IMG/VR virus record: IMGVR_UViG_642918906_000001
Location: 160,001-224,000 of that record
Reading direction: 5' to 3' (one strand)
Length of the DNA: 64,000 bases
Source of the DNA: a virus
Lineage: Duplodnaviria > Caudoviricetes
The notes below the pieces were generated by a model. The model was given only the letters and a program-made list of their open reading frames with translations, searched no databases and was not told the origin of the DNA. A program made the translations under genes and the position numbers. Below, one piece after another: positions 20,718 through 30,190 of this stretch (its first letter is position 1; every line of letters starts with the position of its first letter).

Positions 20718-23207
20718 ATGCAAATTAGTCTAATGCGTCTGAAGTCGTATAAGCGACTGATGCGTTCAGGTATTCAATCCTTCGAATGGACCCCTACCAA
20801 ACAACTGATGCTGATCATTGGTTCAAACGGTTCGGGTAAGTCGAGTATCATGGACGAGCTATCACCGCTTCCGGCCCGACACAAAGCTTTTCTTAAAGGT
20901 GGCGAAAAGGAATTTCATTGTTATCATAATGGCAACCTCTATGTCCTTAAGTCAGTTTACAATCATGGTACAGGTGACCACTCATTCATCCGTAATGATG
21001 AGGAGCTTAACTCGGGTGGCACATTCAAGATCCAAGAAGACCTCTGCCTCCAAGAGTTTGGCTTGACTCGTGAAATCCACGACATCATGACCGGTCGTAC
21101 TCTCTTTACTGACTTGAGTACAGCGGAACGACGTAAGCTATTGACTAAGATGTCTGTAGTTAATCTGGATTATGCATTCGATATCTTCCAGAAACTGAAG
21201 ATTGAATCTCGCTCTCAGAAAGGTACAGTGGATACTATCACTCGTCGACTGGTTAACGAGAACCATGACATTCCATCTGATGCCGAAATGCAATTGATGC
21301 GTTTGGACAACCAGAAACTGAATGATCGATTGAATCAATTGTTCACTGCTCGTCAACCAAATGTTAAGCAAGGATTCAATAATGAAGAAGAAGCCGCTTC
21401 AGCTCTCTCCCAACTTGTTGAGCGTGCTAAAAGTTTGCTCTATAGTTACCCTAAGCTACCCGCGGGGTTTATTTCGAATTCCAGAGAAGACTTCGCAGAA
21501 CAAAAGCAACTCGTTGCAGGACAATGTTCCGCTATTCAGGCCGTAATCCAACGGATGGCTGAAGAACTAGAGTCCTTGAGGGGTTCTAATAGTGCGGAGT
21601 TTGAAGTTTCACCTGAGCAGCTAACTGGACTGCAATCGGAGATAGAACAACTACAAGCTCGTATTGACGAAGCACAGGCTAAGTTCGACCTAACTAAACC
21701 AAAGTTACCGATCTTTAACTTAGACCTCACCAACGATCCCCTAGGACGTCTGGAAGGTATGTTCTCTCGATGGATGGCTTCTATTAATGCTTTCCCTGAA
21801 AACGCCGATGGTTATATCTCGCGTCATGCCTATGAAGCCACAGTGCAGAACGCACAAGCTAACCATGAGAAGCGACGTAAGATGCAAGAGGCCTATCAGA
21901 TTGCTAGCCAAAGGTTGGCTCGACTGAAAGGTTGCGATACTGTAGTTTGTGTTAAGTGTGAACATGAGTTCAAACCGGGGATGGATGAATCAGAAGGTCC
22001 TCGACTGGAAGACTATCTGTCTAAGCTTAGTCTGAAGATGGATGAAGTTGATCTGGCCATCAAGCAAGACGAAGAATACATCGACCTCTTTAAAGAGTAT
22101 CGAGTGCATGTTAGTAACTTTGCAGCACTCAACGGCTCGTATTCTGACTTCGGTACTTTGTGGGATCATCTTGCTCAATCGCAGATTATGTTCCGTACAC
22201 CTAAGACGTTGATGGTAGATGCAGTAGAATGGCATACAGCGATGAAAAGCTACTTAGCCATACGTATGGACTCCGCTAGACTGGTAACGCTCCAAACGCG
22301 TCTACAGACGCTTAAAGAGATCGATTCTGATTCGGTTGCTTATACTCGTAAACGAATCCTCGAACTGGAACACAGTGTAGCAGATAAATACCGTGAGCAG
22401 TCTGAGACTACCCAGTTTCTTCGTGAGATTGAACAAGGCGAACGTGGCATCGCAGACATGAACCGTGAGATCGAATTGTTGTTGACCCGTTATACGGAAT
22501 GGCGTAAACGAGCAATGTCTCATGCGGAATGGTTGTTGGACAAAGCGTTCGAATCTGAGATCACTGAAACACAACTGCAATTGGCTGAAGGTACTCGTAG
22601 ACTCAATATCTCTGAACAGCGTGAGAACTCTATTCGAGTATTGGAGAACGAAGTTAACTCAGCTAAAGAAGTTTCGTCTGACCTTAACCTCCTGATTAAA
22701 GCATTGTCTCCAAATGGTGGTTTACTTGGTCGTTACCTGCTCGGCTTTATGCAAGGCGTGGTAAGTTACGTGAACGCATTCATTGGCGAAGTCTGGACTT
22801 ATCCAATGGAAGTACTACCCTCTAAAGTAGAGAAGGATGAACTCGATTACAACTTCCCATTGAATGTTTCTAATGGTGCTGTAATTGCAGATGACATCGC
22901 ATTGGGTTCTGACTCACAACTTGAGATGGTTAACTTTAGTTTCGAACAAGCAGTCCGTAAGTTCTTGGGTATGGAAAACTATCCATTGTTCCTTGATGAA
23001 TTTGGACGTACGTTCGATGAGCAACACCGAGCTAACTTGATTCCGTTTATCAGTCGCTTGATTGAGAACGGTCATTACTCACAAATTTTCTACATTTCCC
23101 ACTTCAGTAGTGAGCATGGTGCATTCAACAGTGCCGAGTACATGGTGCTTGATCCTACCAACATTACTGTCCCTGTAGCCTTCAATAAAAACGTGGTGAT
23201 TCGATAA
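20718..23207 (+). CDS. sbcC: SbcC/Rad50-like ABC ATPase (phiKZ gp165-like)
   Basis: Walker A GSNGSGKS, coiled coils, zinc hook CVKC, signature GSDSQ, Walker B LFLDE, H-loop YISH. Confidence 0.9.
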   Translation: MQISLMRLKSYKRLMRSGIQSFEWTPTKQLMLIIGSNGSGKSSIMDELSPLPARHKAFLKGGEKEFHCYHNGNLYVLKSVYNHGTGDHSFIRNDEELNSGGTFKIQEDLCLQEFGLTREIHDIMTGRTLFTDLSTAERRKLLTKMSVVNLDYAFDIFQKLKIESRSQKGTVDTITRRLVNENHDIPSDAEMQLMRLDNQKLNDRLNQLFTARQPNVKQGFNNEEEAASALSQLVERAKSLLYSYPKLPAGFISNSREDFAEQKQLVAGQCSAIQAVIQRMAEELESLRGSNSAEFEVSPEQLTGLQSEIEQLQARIDEAQAKFDLTKPKLPIFNLDLTNDPLGRLEGMFSRWMASINAFPENADGYISRHAYEATVQNAQANHEKRRKMQEAYQIASQRLARLKGCDTVVCVKCEHEFKPGMDESEGPRLEDYLSKLSLKMDEVDLAIKQDEEYIDLFKEYRVHVSNFAALNGSYSDFGTLWDHLAQSQIMFRTPKTLMVDAVEWHTAMKSYLAIRMDSARLVTLQTRLQTLKEIDSDSVAYTRKRILELEHSVADKYREQSETTQFLREIEQGERGIADMNREIELLLTRYTEWRKRAMSHAEWLLDKAFESEITETQLQLAEGTRRLNISEQRENSIRVLENEVNSAKEVSSDLNLLIKALSPNGGLLGRYLLGFMQGVVSYVNAFIGEVWTYPMEVLPSKVEKDELDYNFPLNVSNGAVIADDIALGSDSQLEMVNFSFEQAVRKFLGMENYPLFLDEFGRTFDEQHRANLIPFISRLIENGHYSQIFYISHFSSEHGAFNSAEYMVLDPTNITVPVAFNKNVVIR

Positions 23208-23328
23208 TGCCAAACGCAATTGATATCGTACATTATGCTGTAACCCAACTAGCCTACCCCTTCTGGTCATTATGTGCAGCTGCCGGCGTCTGGCACACAA
23301 TTATTAATTTCGTAGAGGAGATGAAAAA

Positions 23329-23655
23329 ATGACACCAGATGACGCGATCGTACTTCTCACACTGACCCTAATGATCGGTGGGATACTTTATTGCCTAGGA
23401 CGCATGGCTGGGTGGAGCATCCTATGGTGTTACTTTGTCGGTAGTGCGATCATCGAACTTAGCGTGCGATTGATTAAGGTACCATTAAAGAAACTAGATG
23501 AATGGTCATCCGCAAGGACACTGAATCGTTTACTACTTGAAACAGAGAAAGCTGATGCTCGTCGTAAGCTAGTACGGGATGCACTTGCACCAACGAACCC
23601 ACATACTCTACAAGTACGTCAACGTCGGCACATTACTAACCCAATGATCCAATAG
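23329..23655 (+). CDS. Small membrane protein
   Basis: GAGGAG RBS; two N-terminal hydrophobic segments. Confidence 0.65.
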   Translation: MTPDDAIVLLTLTLMIGGILYCLGRMAGWSILWCYFVGSAIIELSVRLIKVPLKKLDEWSSARTLNRLLLETEKADARRKLVRDALAPTNPHTLQVRQRRHITNPMIQ

Positions 23656-23663
23656 GTGACCAT

Positions 23664-23843
23664 ATGTTTAAAGACTATGTATTACTGGCGTACATCGCAA
23701 TCATGTGCACGCCACTTCTGTGGTTCGTGAGGCCTCACAAGATTCCTGGTAATGTTAAATGGTACTACGGGCACGTGATAGTGGTAATCATCTCACTCAT
23801 CGGTCTTGCAACATACCGCTATAACTACCCATCGGTGTTATAA
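23664..23843 (+). CDS. Small 2-TM protein (59 aa, not in ORF track)
   Basis: AGGT RBS; MFKDYVLLAYIAIMCTPLLWFV...GHVIVVIISLIGLATYRYNYPSVL. Confidence 0.6.
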   Translation: MFKDYVLLAYIAIMCTPLLWFVRPHKIPGNVKWYYGHVIVVIISLIGLATYRYNYPSVL

Positions 23844-23874
23844 ACATACGGCCTCCCTTCGGGGAGGCTTTATG
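23844..23874 (+). terminator. Hairpin terminator (palindrome family)
   Basis: GCCTCCC-TTCG-GGGAGGC-TTTATG. Confidence 0.75.
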
Positions 23875-23889
23875 ACGTTAATACATTTT

Positions 23890-23907
23890 ATTTGAGATTT
23901 ATATCAT
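23890..23907 (+). promoter_or_regulatory. Putative early (virion RNAP) promoter, TATATCAT variant
   Basis: ATTTGAGATTTATAT identical to 53830-53844; resembles the phiKZ early motif TATATTAC; follows a terminator. Confidence 0.55.
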
Positions 23908-23939
23908 TCACTAGCAGTATAGGTAAGGAAACACTATTC

Positions 23940-24392
23940 ATGTTGTTGAGCGATGTAACTAATCAACTAGGTGCCGGTAGTGCGTATGAGTTCCTCACGG
24001 CATCGCAGTGGGTCAGAGCAAGGCAAGACATACGTGTGTACTACAAAGGCACCCAAATCAACGTAGTGGTGCGCAAAGGGGGGTTCTGGTTCGTAACGAA
24101 CGTAGGTACAACACTTAGATATGTTAGACTCACTTCACAGATCGCTGACCAACTAATTATTAGTCAACGAGATGCTAATTACCTTCTTGATCTACCTAGT
24201 AAAGTAGACAAAGAAGATCTTGATATCCAACAACCTAAACGAGAAGACTCTATGGATGAAACAAGCAACGGCTTCACTGACTTACAAATGAAGAACATGG
24301 CTTTTGCCATGGGTATGTTTTGCGTCGCTACTGCAACAGTGTTTGGTGTTAAGACTGTAGTTAATATTGTTCCTAAGGGGCGAGGTAAATAA
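23940..24392 (+). CDS. Hypothetical protein with C-terminal TM helix
   Basis: ATG 23940 after AAGGA (the track's TTG start lies inside the promoter motif); C-terminal MAFAMGMFCVATATVFGV. Confidence 0.6.
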   Translation: MLLSDVTNQLGAGSAYEFLTASQWVRARQDIRVYYKGTQINVVVRKGGFWFVTNVGTTLRYVRLTSQIADQLIISQRDANYLLDLPSKVDKEDLDIQQPKREDSMDETSNGFTDLQMKNMAFAMGMFCVATATVFGVKTVVNIVPKGRGK

Positions 24393-24515
24393 TACTGTTA
24401 GGTCTACCTCTATGTAGAGGGGAGTTATCTTAAAAGTTTATTCATATAAACTATAGAGCTAAGCTCTATACTCCTTTTTCTTAAATTAGAGACAGACCAA
24501 CATAAGGCAAGCGGT

Positions 24516-24776
24516 ATGAAAGATAATTGGTATAACCGTGTTAAGAAAGCTGTACAAGAAAACATTCCAGTAATCGTAACTATCGGCACTACAGTCGCAG
24601 CAGTAGCTGCGGTTATGTATGCTAAGGATGAACTAGACGAAACAGTCAAAGGCAACAATGAGTTATTGAAAACGATTGAAGAGAAAATTGCTATTGCTAT
24701 TGAGTCACCAACCATTGTTAAAGTTGAAATAGGTGACGAGATTGAATTGTTTGGTACAGGTAATCGTACCGATTAA
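24516..24776 (+). CDS. Small single-pass membrane protein (paralog family)
   Basis: TM IPVIVTIGTTVAAVAAVMY, coiled coil, PTIVKVE..G.G.RT tail. Confidence 0.7.
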   Translation: MKDNWYNRVKKAVQENIPVIVTIGTTVAAVAAVMYAKDELDETVKGNNELLKTIEEKIAIAIESPTIVKVEIGDEIELFGTGNRTD

Positions 24777-24812
24777 CGACATAAAGCCCCTCCCGTGAAG
24801 GAAGGGCTTGTA
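24777..24812. terminator. Bidirectional hairpin (palindrome family)
   Basis: CGACATAAAGCCCCTCC-loop-GGAAGGGCTT between convergent genes. Confidence 0.65.
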
Positions 24813-25340
24813 TTATTTCTGAGGTAGGTCGTCTAAAAGACCCATCTCTCTGGAACGTTGTTCAAGCTGTTCTTTGTTAACGACATCCATACGGCTGATG
24901 AATTTATCAGAGGCTTCAATGATGACACCTTGATCACCCTCACCTTTGGCATGGCCTTTCTCGAAAGCTTCAGGTAGTTCTCCAAGGTCTTGGGATTGAG
25001 TAGGCTCACTTGGTTCTCGCTTAAGGAACGGATGTGCACCACCTGACTGTTGCACCGATTGTGCAATGGCGTTAAGAATACTGAGGGCGTCATCGCCTTT
25101 CTTCTCATCAACCACCAGTCGACGTTTAGCAATCGTGACTTTATCCATTGAGTCGGCTACTTTCAAGAGAAGTTCGACACCATCTTTATCAGTAGGTAGA
25201 CCTTCTGGACCAGCCGTAAGTTTGTGCAGTAAGCGACCTTTTAAACGTTGAGTATGTTTAAGTTGGTCATCGAAGTCTAATTCGGCGTAGTCAACATCGG
25301 GTTGTTCTGGATCTACGAATAGGTTATTAATTGGTTCCAT
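24813..25340 (-). CDS. Hypothetical protein
   Basis: 175-aa ORF, helical, divergent from 25404. Confidence 0.7.
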   Translation of the reverse strand: MEPINNLFVDPEQPDVDYAELDFDDQLKHTQRLKGRLLHKLTAGPEGLPTDKDGVELLLKVADSMDKVTIAKRRLVVDEKKGDDALSILNAIAQSVQQSGGAHPFLKREPSEPTQSQDLGELPEAFEKGHAKGEGDQGVIIEASDKFISRMDVVNKEQLEQRSREMGLLDDLPQK

Positions 25341-25403
25341 GAAGTTATACCTGACTGGATATAGTTATGTCGTACGACACGTTTAATTGAAAGGGTCTAT
25401 AAA

Positions 25404-25940
25404 ATGATAGATAAAATCGAACGTTTGCTGAGGCGTTGGTCTAAATCAACTCCAAAAGCAACCTACTTTAAATACCTGGAACAGTTTGAAAAGGCAGATA
25501 CGTCGATCACTACTCTACCGATTATGTTGGTTGAGTTCTGGCGTCGGGTTGACCTTAAGCACTTTGAGACAGGTCCAACCCTTAAAGAAATGATGTATGA
25601 AAAGGTTCATGTTCGACATAAATCGATTTCTGAACTAGCGGCTATCTTGGCTATGGCGACTGGGTCGCTTGCCCAAGACGATGAGAACTTCATTCATGAG
25701 ATCTCTATCAATCAGTTCGCAGTCTTCGAAGACCTGACCATGGATGATTACTTTGCCAATTCGAAAGGGGGTTCTGTATCCTATTCGGAAGGTGTTGCTA
25801 TCTTGCGTCAAGCAATGTTAGCACATGGCGATGTGATCGAAAATATGCCACCTGGGTATCATTGCCGGATGTTGAATCGGATGTACAATGATATCCTGAA
25901 CGTTACAGTTACCATCGTAAACCAAATGAAGGACTCCTAA
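25404..25940 (+). CDS. Hypothetical protein
   Basis: 178-aa ORF with plausible RBS. Confidence 0.7.
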   Translation: MIDKIERLLRRWSKSTPKATYFKYLEQFEKADTSITTLPIMLVEFWRRVDLKHFETGPTLKEMMYEKVHVRHKSISELAAILAMATGSLAQDDENFIHEISINQFAVFEDLTMDDYFANSKGGSVSYSEGVAILRQAMLAHGDVIENMPPGYHCRMLNRMYNDILNVTVTIVNQMKDS

Positions 25941-26002
25941 CAATCAGGTCAAATTTAACCGTAGTATCGAACCCTGTTTAATTCACCGTAGGTGTAGAGC
26001 TA

Positions 26003-26758
26003 ATGGATTCTGTAAACGATTTGTTGTCCGATCCACTTAAGGGCACTAAACGCGCGCAAGGCGTACTGTGTTATTTGTTCCGTGAAGCATTGTTGTGGCG
26101 TAAGATGAACCGCTTTACTTGGGGTCGTCTTCAAAACAACTATTTCTTGAAACCCCATAATCAGGTTAAACCTGATAAAGGTAACTTGAATAAAGTGCTG
26201 ATCGCAGATGACATGAACTGGCAGGCTTTCTGCAAAGCTATTGACTTCCTCAATCCACACAAAGCGTATCTTGATATCAAGCTACACTGGAAAGATGGTA
26301 GTACTAGCGACTATCGGGTTGTAGTAGACCCGACTGATCCAGAAGACAAACCAACTGCCAACGAATTCCACTGGACAGATTGTGAAATCTTTAAGCGTGC
26401 AAAAGATCCATCTTTGTTGATGGCTCATCTGTACCGTCACATCGCAGCCAGTGAAGGCTCTAAACACCCTGACCAACTCGTTTGGTGGGAAAAGCTGTTT
26501 GAAGATTATACCAAGAACCCGGCTAACGTCGTAGGTATGACTCAGACTGAGATAAACAAGAACGTTCAAGGCTTGAAGCGATCCATCGTCGATCCGCGTT
26601 TGAGCTGGAACGGGTTTCGTAAAGGACTGCATCTGCTTCGCCCTAAAGCGGAGGAGTACACCTTAACACTACAATGGGCGGATAACCCTGAGTTGCGTAA
26701 GACTCTACCCGATTCAATTCATCCGATCTATATCGCTGATCCTTATTTCGTGGAGTGA
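26003..26758 (+). CDS. Hypothetical protein with tandem duplicated domain (gp171-like position)
   Basis: Two copies of L..L(F/Y)R...W..L...Y...L.(K/R)...(M/L).W..F.K....L.P. Confidence 0.7.
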   Translation: MDSVNDLLSDPLKGTKRAQGVLCYLFREALLWRKMNRFTWGRLQNNYFLKPHNQVKPDKGNLNKVLIADDMNWQAFCKAIDFLNPHKAYLDIKLHWKDGSTSDYRVVVDPTDPEDKPTANEFHWTDCEIFKRAKDPSLLMAHLYRHIAASEGSKHPDQLVWWEKLFEDYTKNPANVVGMTQTEINKNVQGLKRSIVDPRLSWNGFRKGLHLLRPKAEEYTLTLQWADNPELRKTLPDSIHPIYIADPYFVE

Positions 26759-26761
26759 CAT

Positions 26762-27298
26762 ATGGTCGATACACAACGAGCTGATGCGGTATTGGAAACG
26801 GTTAAAACAAGCCTTAGAGCTGGCGAGCGGTTTTTGCTTTACCTTGCGTTTGTTAACGGTAAAACAAAACCACCCAAATATCACAACGGTCATATGAGAT
26901 CGCTGGCTCAGCGTGGACTTATTGAACTACTTCCCACCGGTGAATACAAACTGACTTTGGCGGGCGTAGACACATACACCCAGATTTATCTGAACGACGT
27001 AAAGATTGGCGCACGGGATGAAGTTACGACAATCAACTACTTCCGCTGTCACTTCAGTGAAAGATTGCGCGAGGGTTTCGAGGGACCAGTGATCGTATGC
27101 AGTAATGAGGGTGTAATCAATTACACCAAAATGCTCCAGATCACAGAACACCTGAGTCTTAGTCCACGTACGGTTGAATGTGACTACGCCGTGCTGGATT
27201 TCATTGACGAATACACGGGTGAGTCACATGATCTTTATCCGGGTGACACCGTGGTAATGAACAGTGACGGTTACGTAATCCACAAGTTCTCGGAGTGA
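26762..27298 (+). CDS. Hypothetical protein, possible N-terminal winged helix
   Basis: MRSLAQRGLIE...GEYKLT.AG resembles a winged-helix wing. Confidence 0.6.
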   Translation: MVDTQRADAVLETVKTSLRAGERFLLYLAFVNGKTKPPKYHNGHMRSLAQRGLIELLPTGEYKLTLAGVDTYTQIYLNDVKIGARDEVTTINYFRCHFSERLREGFEGPVIVCSNEGVINYTKMLQITEHLSLSPRTVECDYAVLDFIDEYTGESHDLYPGDTVVMNSDGYVIHKFSE

Positions 27299-27678
27299 TA
27301 ATGAGCGTACTTGATCTGTCTGATCCAACAACCTGCCCAAAACAGTTTGACTTCGGCTTCGAGTACCCTAAATCTACATTGACGGGAATTACGTTCCTGT
27401 CATATGAGGGTCTTAGAGCTTACATCATCACAGGTTCAAAACACAACGAGTACTTACAAGGGAACATCGCTTACGCTAACCAGAACTACAAAGCTGATTA
27501 CATCTACGTGCCAGCTTTGAAGGAACTCATGGAATCGACGCTACGTATTGAAATTGCGAAGTATCCTTTCTTGGGTTTGAAGTATGGACCTAAGACTGAG
27601 GTTATCTGGTCTAAGATCGGAATCACTCCCGCTCAACAAGAGTGGGTTGAAACAGTACGGAAGGTACTGTCGAAATAA
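27295..27678 (+). CDS. Hypothetical protein
   Basis: Overlaps the upstream stop; 127 aa. Confidence 0.6.
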   Translation: MIMSVLDLSDPTTCPKQFDFGFEYPKSTLTGITFLSYEGLRAYIITGSKHNEYLQGNIAYANQNYKADYIYVPALKELMESTLRIEIAKYPFLGLKYGPKTEVIWSKIGITPAQQEWVETVRKVLSK

Positions 27679-27744
27679 AGTAGTAAATCCAAAATAGCCG
27701 CCTGACCAATTCCGTTCAGGCGCTTAACTTAAAAGGTAGTACAT

Positions 27745-28638
27745 ATGAACGTTAAAGAAGAAACCCTCAAGTTGCAAGTCCTGACCACTAAAGCTCTGGC
27801 ATGGATCAATACTAAAGCGATCAAAGAAGAACGGGTCACCATCCAACAACTAGCACAGTCTCTACGTGTATCAGTTGCAAAAGCAAAGGAGATCGTAGGA
27901 TTCCTGATGCGCGGCCCAGGTGATAATGATCGTCTTGCCAACACATACCAGATCTTCGTTCAGGGGAATCAAATTCCAGATTGGATGAGGCCACATTTGT
28001 CGGGTGTGGCGATTGCTGCTATTCTTCGCACTGCCCGAAATCAGAACACCACCATCGTGTACCGCGATGTTCACCGTAAGATCCTCGCTGAAGCATATGG
28101 TGACACTTTCAAAGGATATCTGACAAGCCGTTACAACCATGCCGCGAACGCTATCGCTGATGCTCTTGACCGTTCAGGCATAGATAAGAAAGTATTCGAA
28201 GCAAAGGTTGATGACTACCCTCAACTCCGTCAACTGAACAATCCCGACTGGCACGTCCGGTCGCCGATGGGTGGTGGTTCTGGACTTAACATCACCTACA
28301 CAGCGGTGGAAGGCACAGAGATCTCACTACACTTCGGCTCTCTTCGATTCGAAACGATTGAAGCTGCAATGTACAATGTAATGCCAGAGCTTGTTCATTC
28401 TAAGCACGGTCGTTCAGACCACATGCCCGAAGAACTGGACGCTAAGCTCGATCAAGTCCGTAAGCTGATCTCCAACATGCAAGATCAAGGCTATGGATTT
28501 GTTCGTATGAGTCGACATTTCTCGATGAGTAAGAATCGCACCCATTATACCACGATTGTGTTCACCATGAACGATGACCTAGGTCTGACTGTTCGTGTTG
28601 TTCTCCCATGGGCTAATGTGATGTTTGACGAGGCATAA
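27745..28638 (+). CDS. Hypothetical protein, possible N-terminal HTH
   Basis: AAGGT RBS; VTIQQLAQSLRVSVAKAKEIV. Confidence 0.65.
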   Translation: MNVKEETLKLQVLTTKALAWINTKAIKEERVTIQQLAQSLRVSVAKAKEIVGFLMRGPGDNDRLANTYQIFVQGNQIPDWMRPHLSGVAIAAILRTARNQNTTIVYRDVHRKILAEAYGDTFKGYLTSRYNHAANAIADALDRSGIDKKVFEAKVDDYPQLRQLNNPDWHVRSPMGGGSGLNITYTAVEGTEISLHFGSLRFETIEAAMYNVMPELVHSKHGRSDHMPEELDAKLDQVRKLISNMQDQGYGFVRMSRHFSMSKNRTHYTTIVFTMNDDLGLTVRVVLPWANVMFDEA

Positions 28639-28643
28639 TAGAG

Positions 28644-28670
28644 TGGGGTACTTCGGTACCCCATTTTATG
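28644..28670 (+). terminator. Hairpin terminator
   Basis: TGGGGTAC-TTCG-GTACCCCA-TTTTATG. Confidence 0.7.
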
Positions 28671-28694
28671 ACATTTCTTTTTTGGGTGATTTCA

Positions 28695-29822
28695 ATGTTG
28701 AACTTAGCTAATGCCTCTTTTACGGGCGTACCTAATGACACGGTCAAGAAGATCGATGTACTGGGCGACGTTGGGGATGAACTACAGAACAGTTTAGTTT
28801 CAAAAGTATCTGCATTCGATACTAACCTTGACGGTATCATTACCAGTTCCCTTAAGTCGATTAAAGGGATTGGGGACGCAATACTTAATACGGGACTCGA
28901 TCTTCCATCAGCCCGTGACCGGATCAAAGAAGCCCTAGGTGGTTCACGTTATGCTATATCAGAAATCTCTGAGGTATTGGAACGTGGTATCACTGGCGAC
29001 ATGACCGGTATTGATGAAGGTACAGGTTACGTACGTGGTGCTAACACCATGATCGACAACGTTAAGCTGGTAATGAATGGCGTTGACCGTACGTTCAACC
29101 AATCGGGCTATAAGAACGTTTCCGGTGTAATGGGATTCATCCGTGATCTCACAGGCAACCAACTGATCCAGTCGTTTGACTTGGGTGCTGAGGCTGCTCT
29201 GATCAAAGGGGTTATTACCGAGGTTAGTAAATGGGGTGTACCTGAACTCATCGATGAAACCTTTGGAGCTAAATGGAACGAGGACACTAAGTCTTATAAC
29301 TACGACTACAGTGACGAGTTTAGATTCAGCGTAACCAAGCGTGCATCTGATTCTATTTCACCTTCGACTAATCTAGCGGTTATCCAGACCCTTATTACCC
29401 ACGGCGGCGATAAAGCATTGGTCGCTGAAAACCCACAATTCCCAACTCAATTGTTGAATGGTTACGTGATTCCAGATGGCTGTATCCAAGGTGGCCCTTA
29501 TCCAGTAGACCCAGCTGATCCATACGGTGCACAGACAGTACCTAACTATCGGCATCAAGGTTATTCCTTAATCAAGATCCTAGACACACTTGACCCTACT
29601 TGGTTTAAGGTAGAACGGACTTATCATACCGGACAAGACGATATACCGTTTGCTAAAGACACTGTATGGCGATTAGAGTACCTTCAGACCGCCTCAGATG
29701 GCGCTAAGACGGTTTTATCTACAGATGCTGACCTACGTGACGCTTTACTCGCAGCGCCGTTCTATCGCGTTGAATCGGGCGTTAATCTACTTAAGTCAAT
29801 GTACCCTTATATTGTTCTTTAA
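28695..29822 (+). CDS. Putative virion structural protein (gp174-like position)
   Basis: 375-aa ORF from MLNLANASF after GGGTG; position near the protease gene. Confidence 0.6.
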   Translation: MLNLANASFTGVPNDTVKKIDVLGDVGDELQNSLVSKVSAFDTNLDGIITSSLKSIKGIGDAILNTGLDLPSARDRIKEALGGSRYAISEISEVLERGITGDMTGIDEGTGYVRGANTMIDNVKLVMNGVDRTFNQSGYKNVSGVMGFIRDLTGNQLIQSFDLGAEAALIKGVITEVSKWGVPELIDETFGAKWNEDTKSYNYDYSDEFRFSVTKRASDSISPSTNLAVIQTLITHGGDKALVAENPQFPTQLLNGYVIPDGCIQGGPYPVDPADPYGAQTVPNYRHQGYSLIKILDTLDPTWFKVERTYHTGQDDIPFAKDTVWRLEYLQTASDGAKTVLSTDADLRDALLAAPFYRVESGVNLLKSMYPYIVL

Positions 29823-29825
29823 TAT

Positions 29826-29853
29826 GGCCTCCCTTCGGGGAGGTTATATGCCG
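29826..29853 (+). terminator. Hairpin terminator (palindrome family)
   Basis: GGCCTCCC-TTCG-GGGAGGTT-ATATGCCG. Confidence 0.7.
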
Positions 29854-29877
29854 CATTATTAGAAGCCTTTTAAAGAG

Positions 29878-29885
29878 TATATTAC
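29878..29885 (+). promoter_or_regulatory. Putative early promoter TATATTAC
   Basis: Exact match to the phiKZ early promoter motif; intergenic, AT-rich upstream, heads an accessory cassette. Confidence 0.65.
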
Positions 29886-29994
29886 TGTTGTGAATTAACA
29901 CCCTTCTATCAACCAAAGGAGTACTTAATATGGGACCTTAAGTTAGAAGAACTACCTACTCAAACATGTCAGTTAACTAAAAGAGGTATTTGTC

Positions 29995-30111
29995 ATGAGC
30001 GTTAAACTGCGTTGGCAAGTTGCTGCAATTGTGGCGGTAGGTTCGACCATTCAAACTATGGCCGTTCTCTACGTTGTTAGAAAGGCACCCAATATCTGGG
30101 TGGATGTGTAA
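29995..30111 (+). CDS. 38-aa single-pass membrane peptide (not in ORF track)
   Basis: GAGGT RBS; MSVKLRWQVAAIVAVGSTIQTMAVLYVVRKAPNIWVDV. Confidence 0.6.
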   Translation: MSVKLRWQVAAIVAVGSTIQTMAVLYVVRKAPNIWVDV

Positions 30112-30190
30112 TCGCGTTACGGATTACGCTTTAACTAACCAACCACGACCCTTGCATGATGTAGGGGTCGTGGTTCATGAGTAATGTGCC

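Noticed and set aside
29930-29941. Minigene M-G-P-stop behind a strong AAGGAG RBS
   Set aside because: Could be a frameshifted remnant of a short ORF or chance; nothing else supports a function
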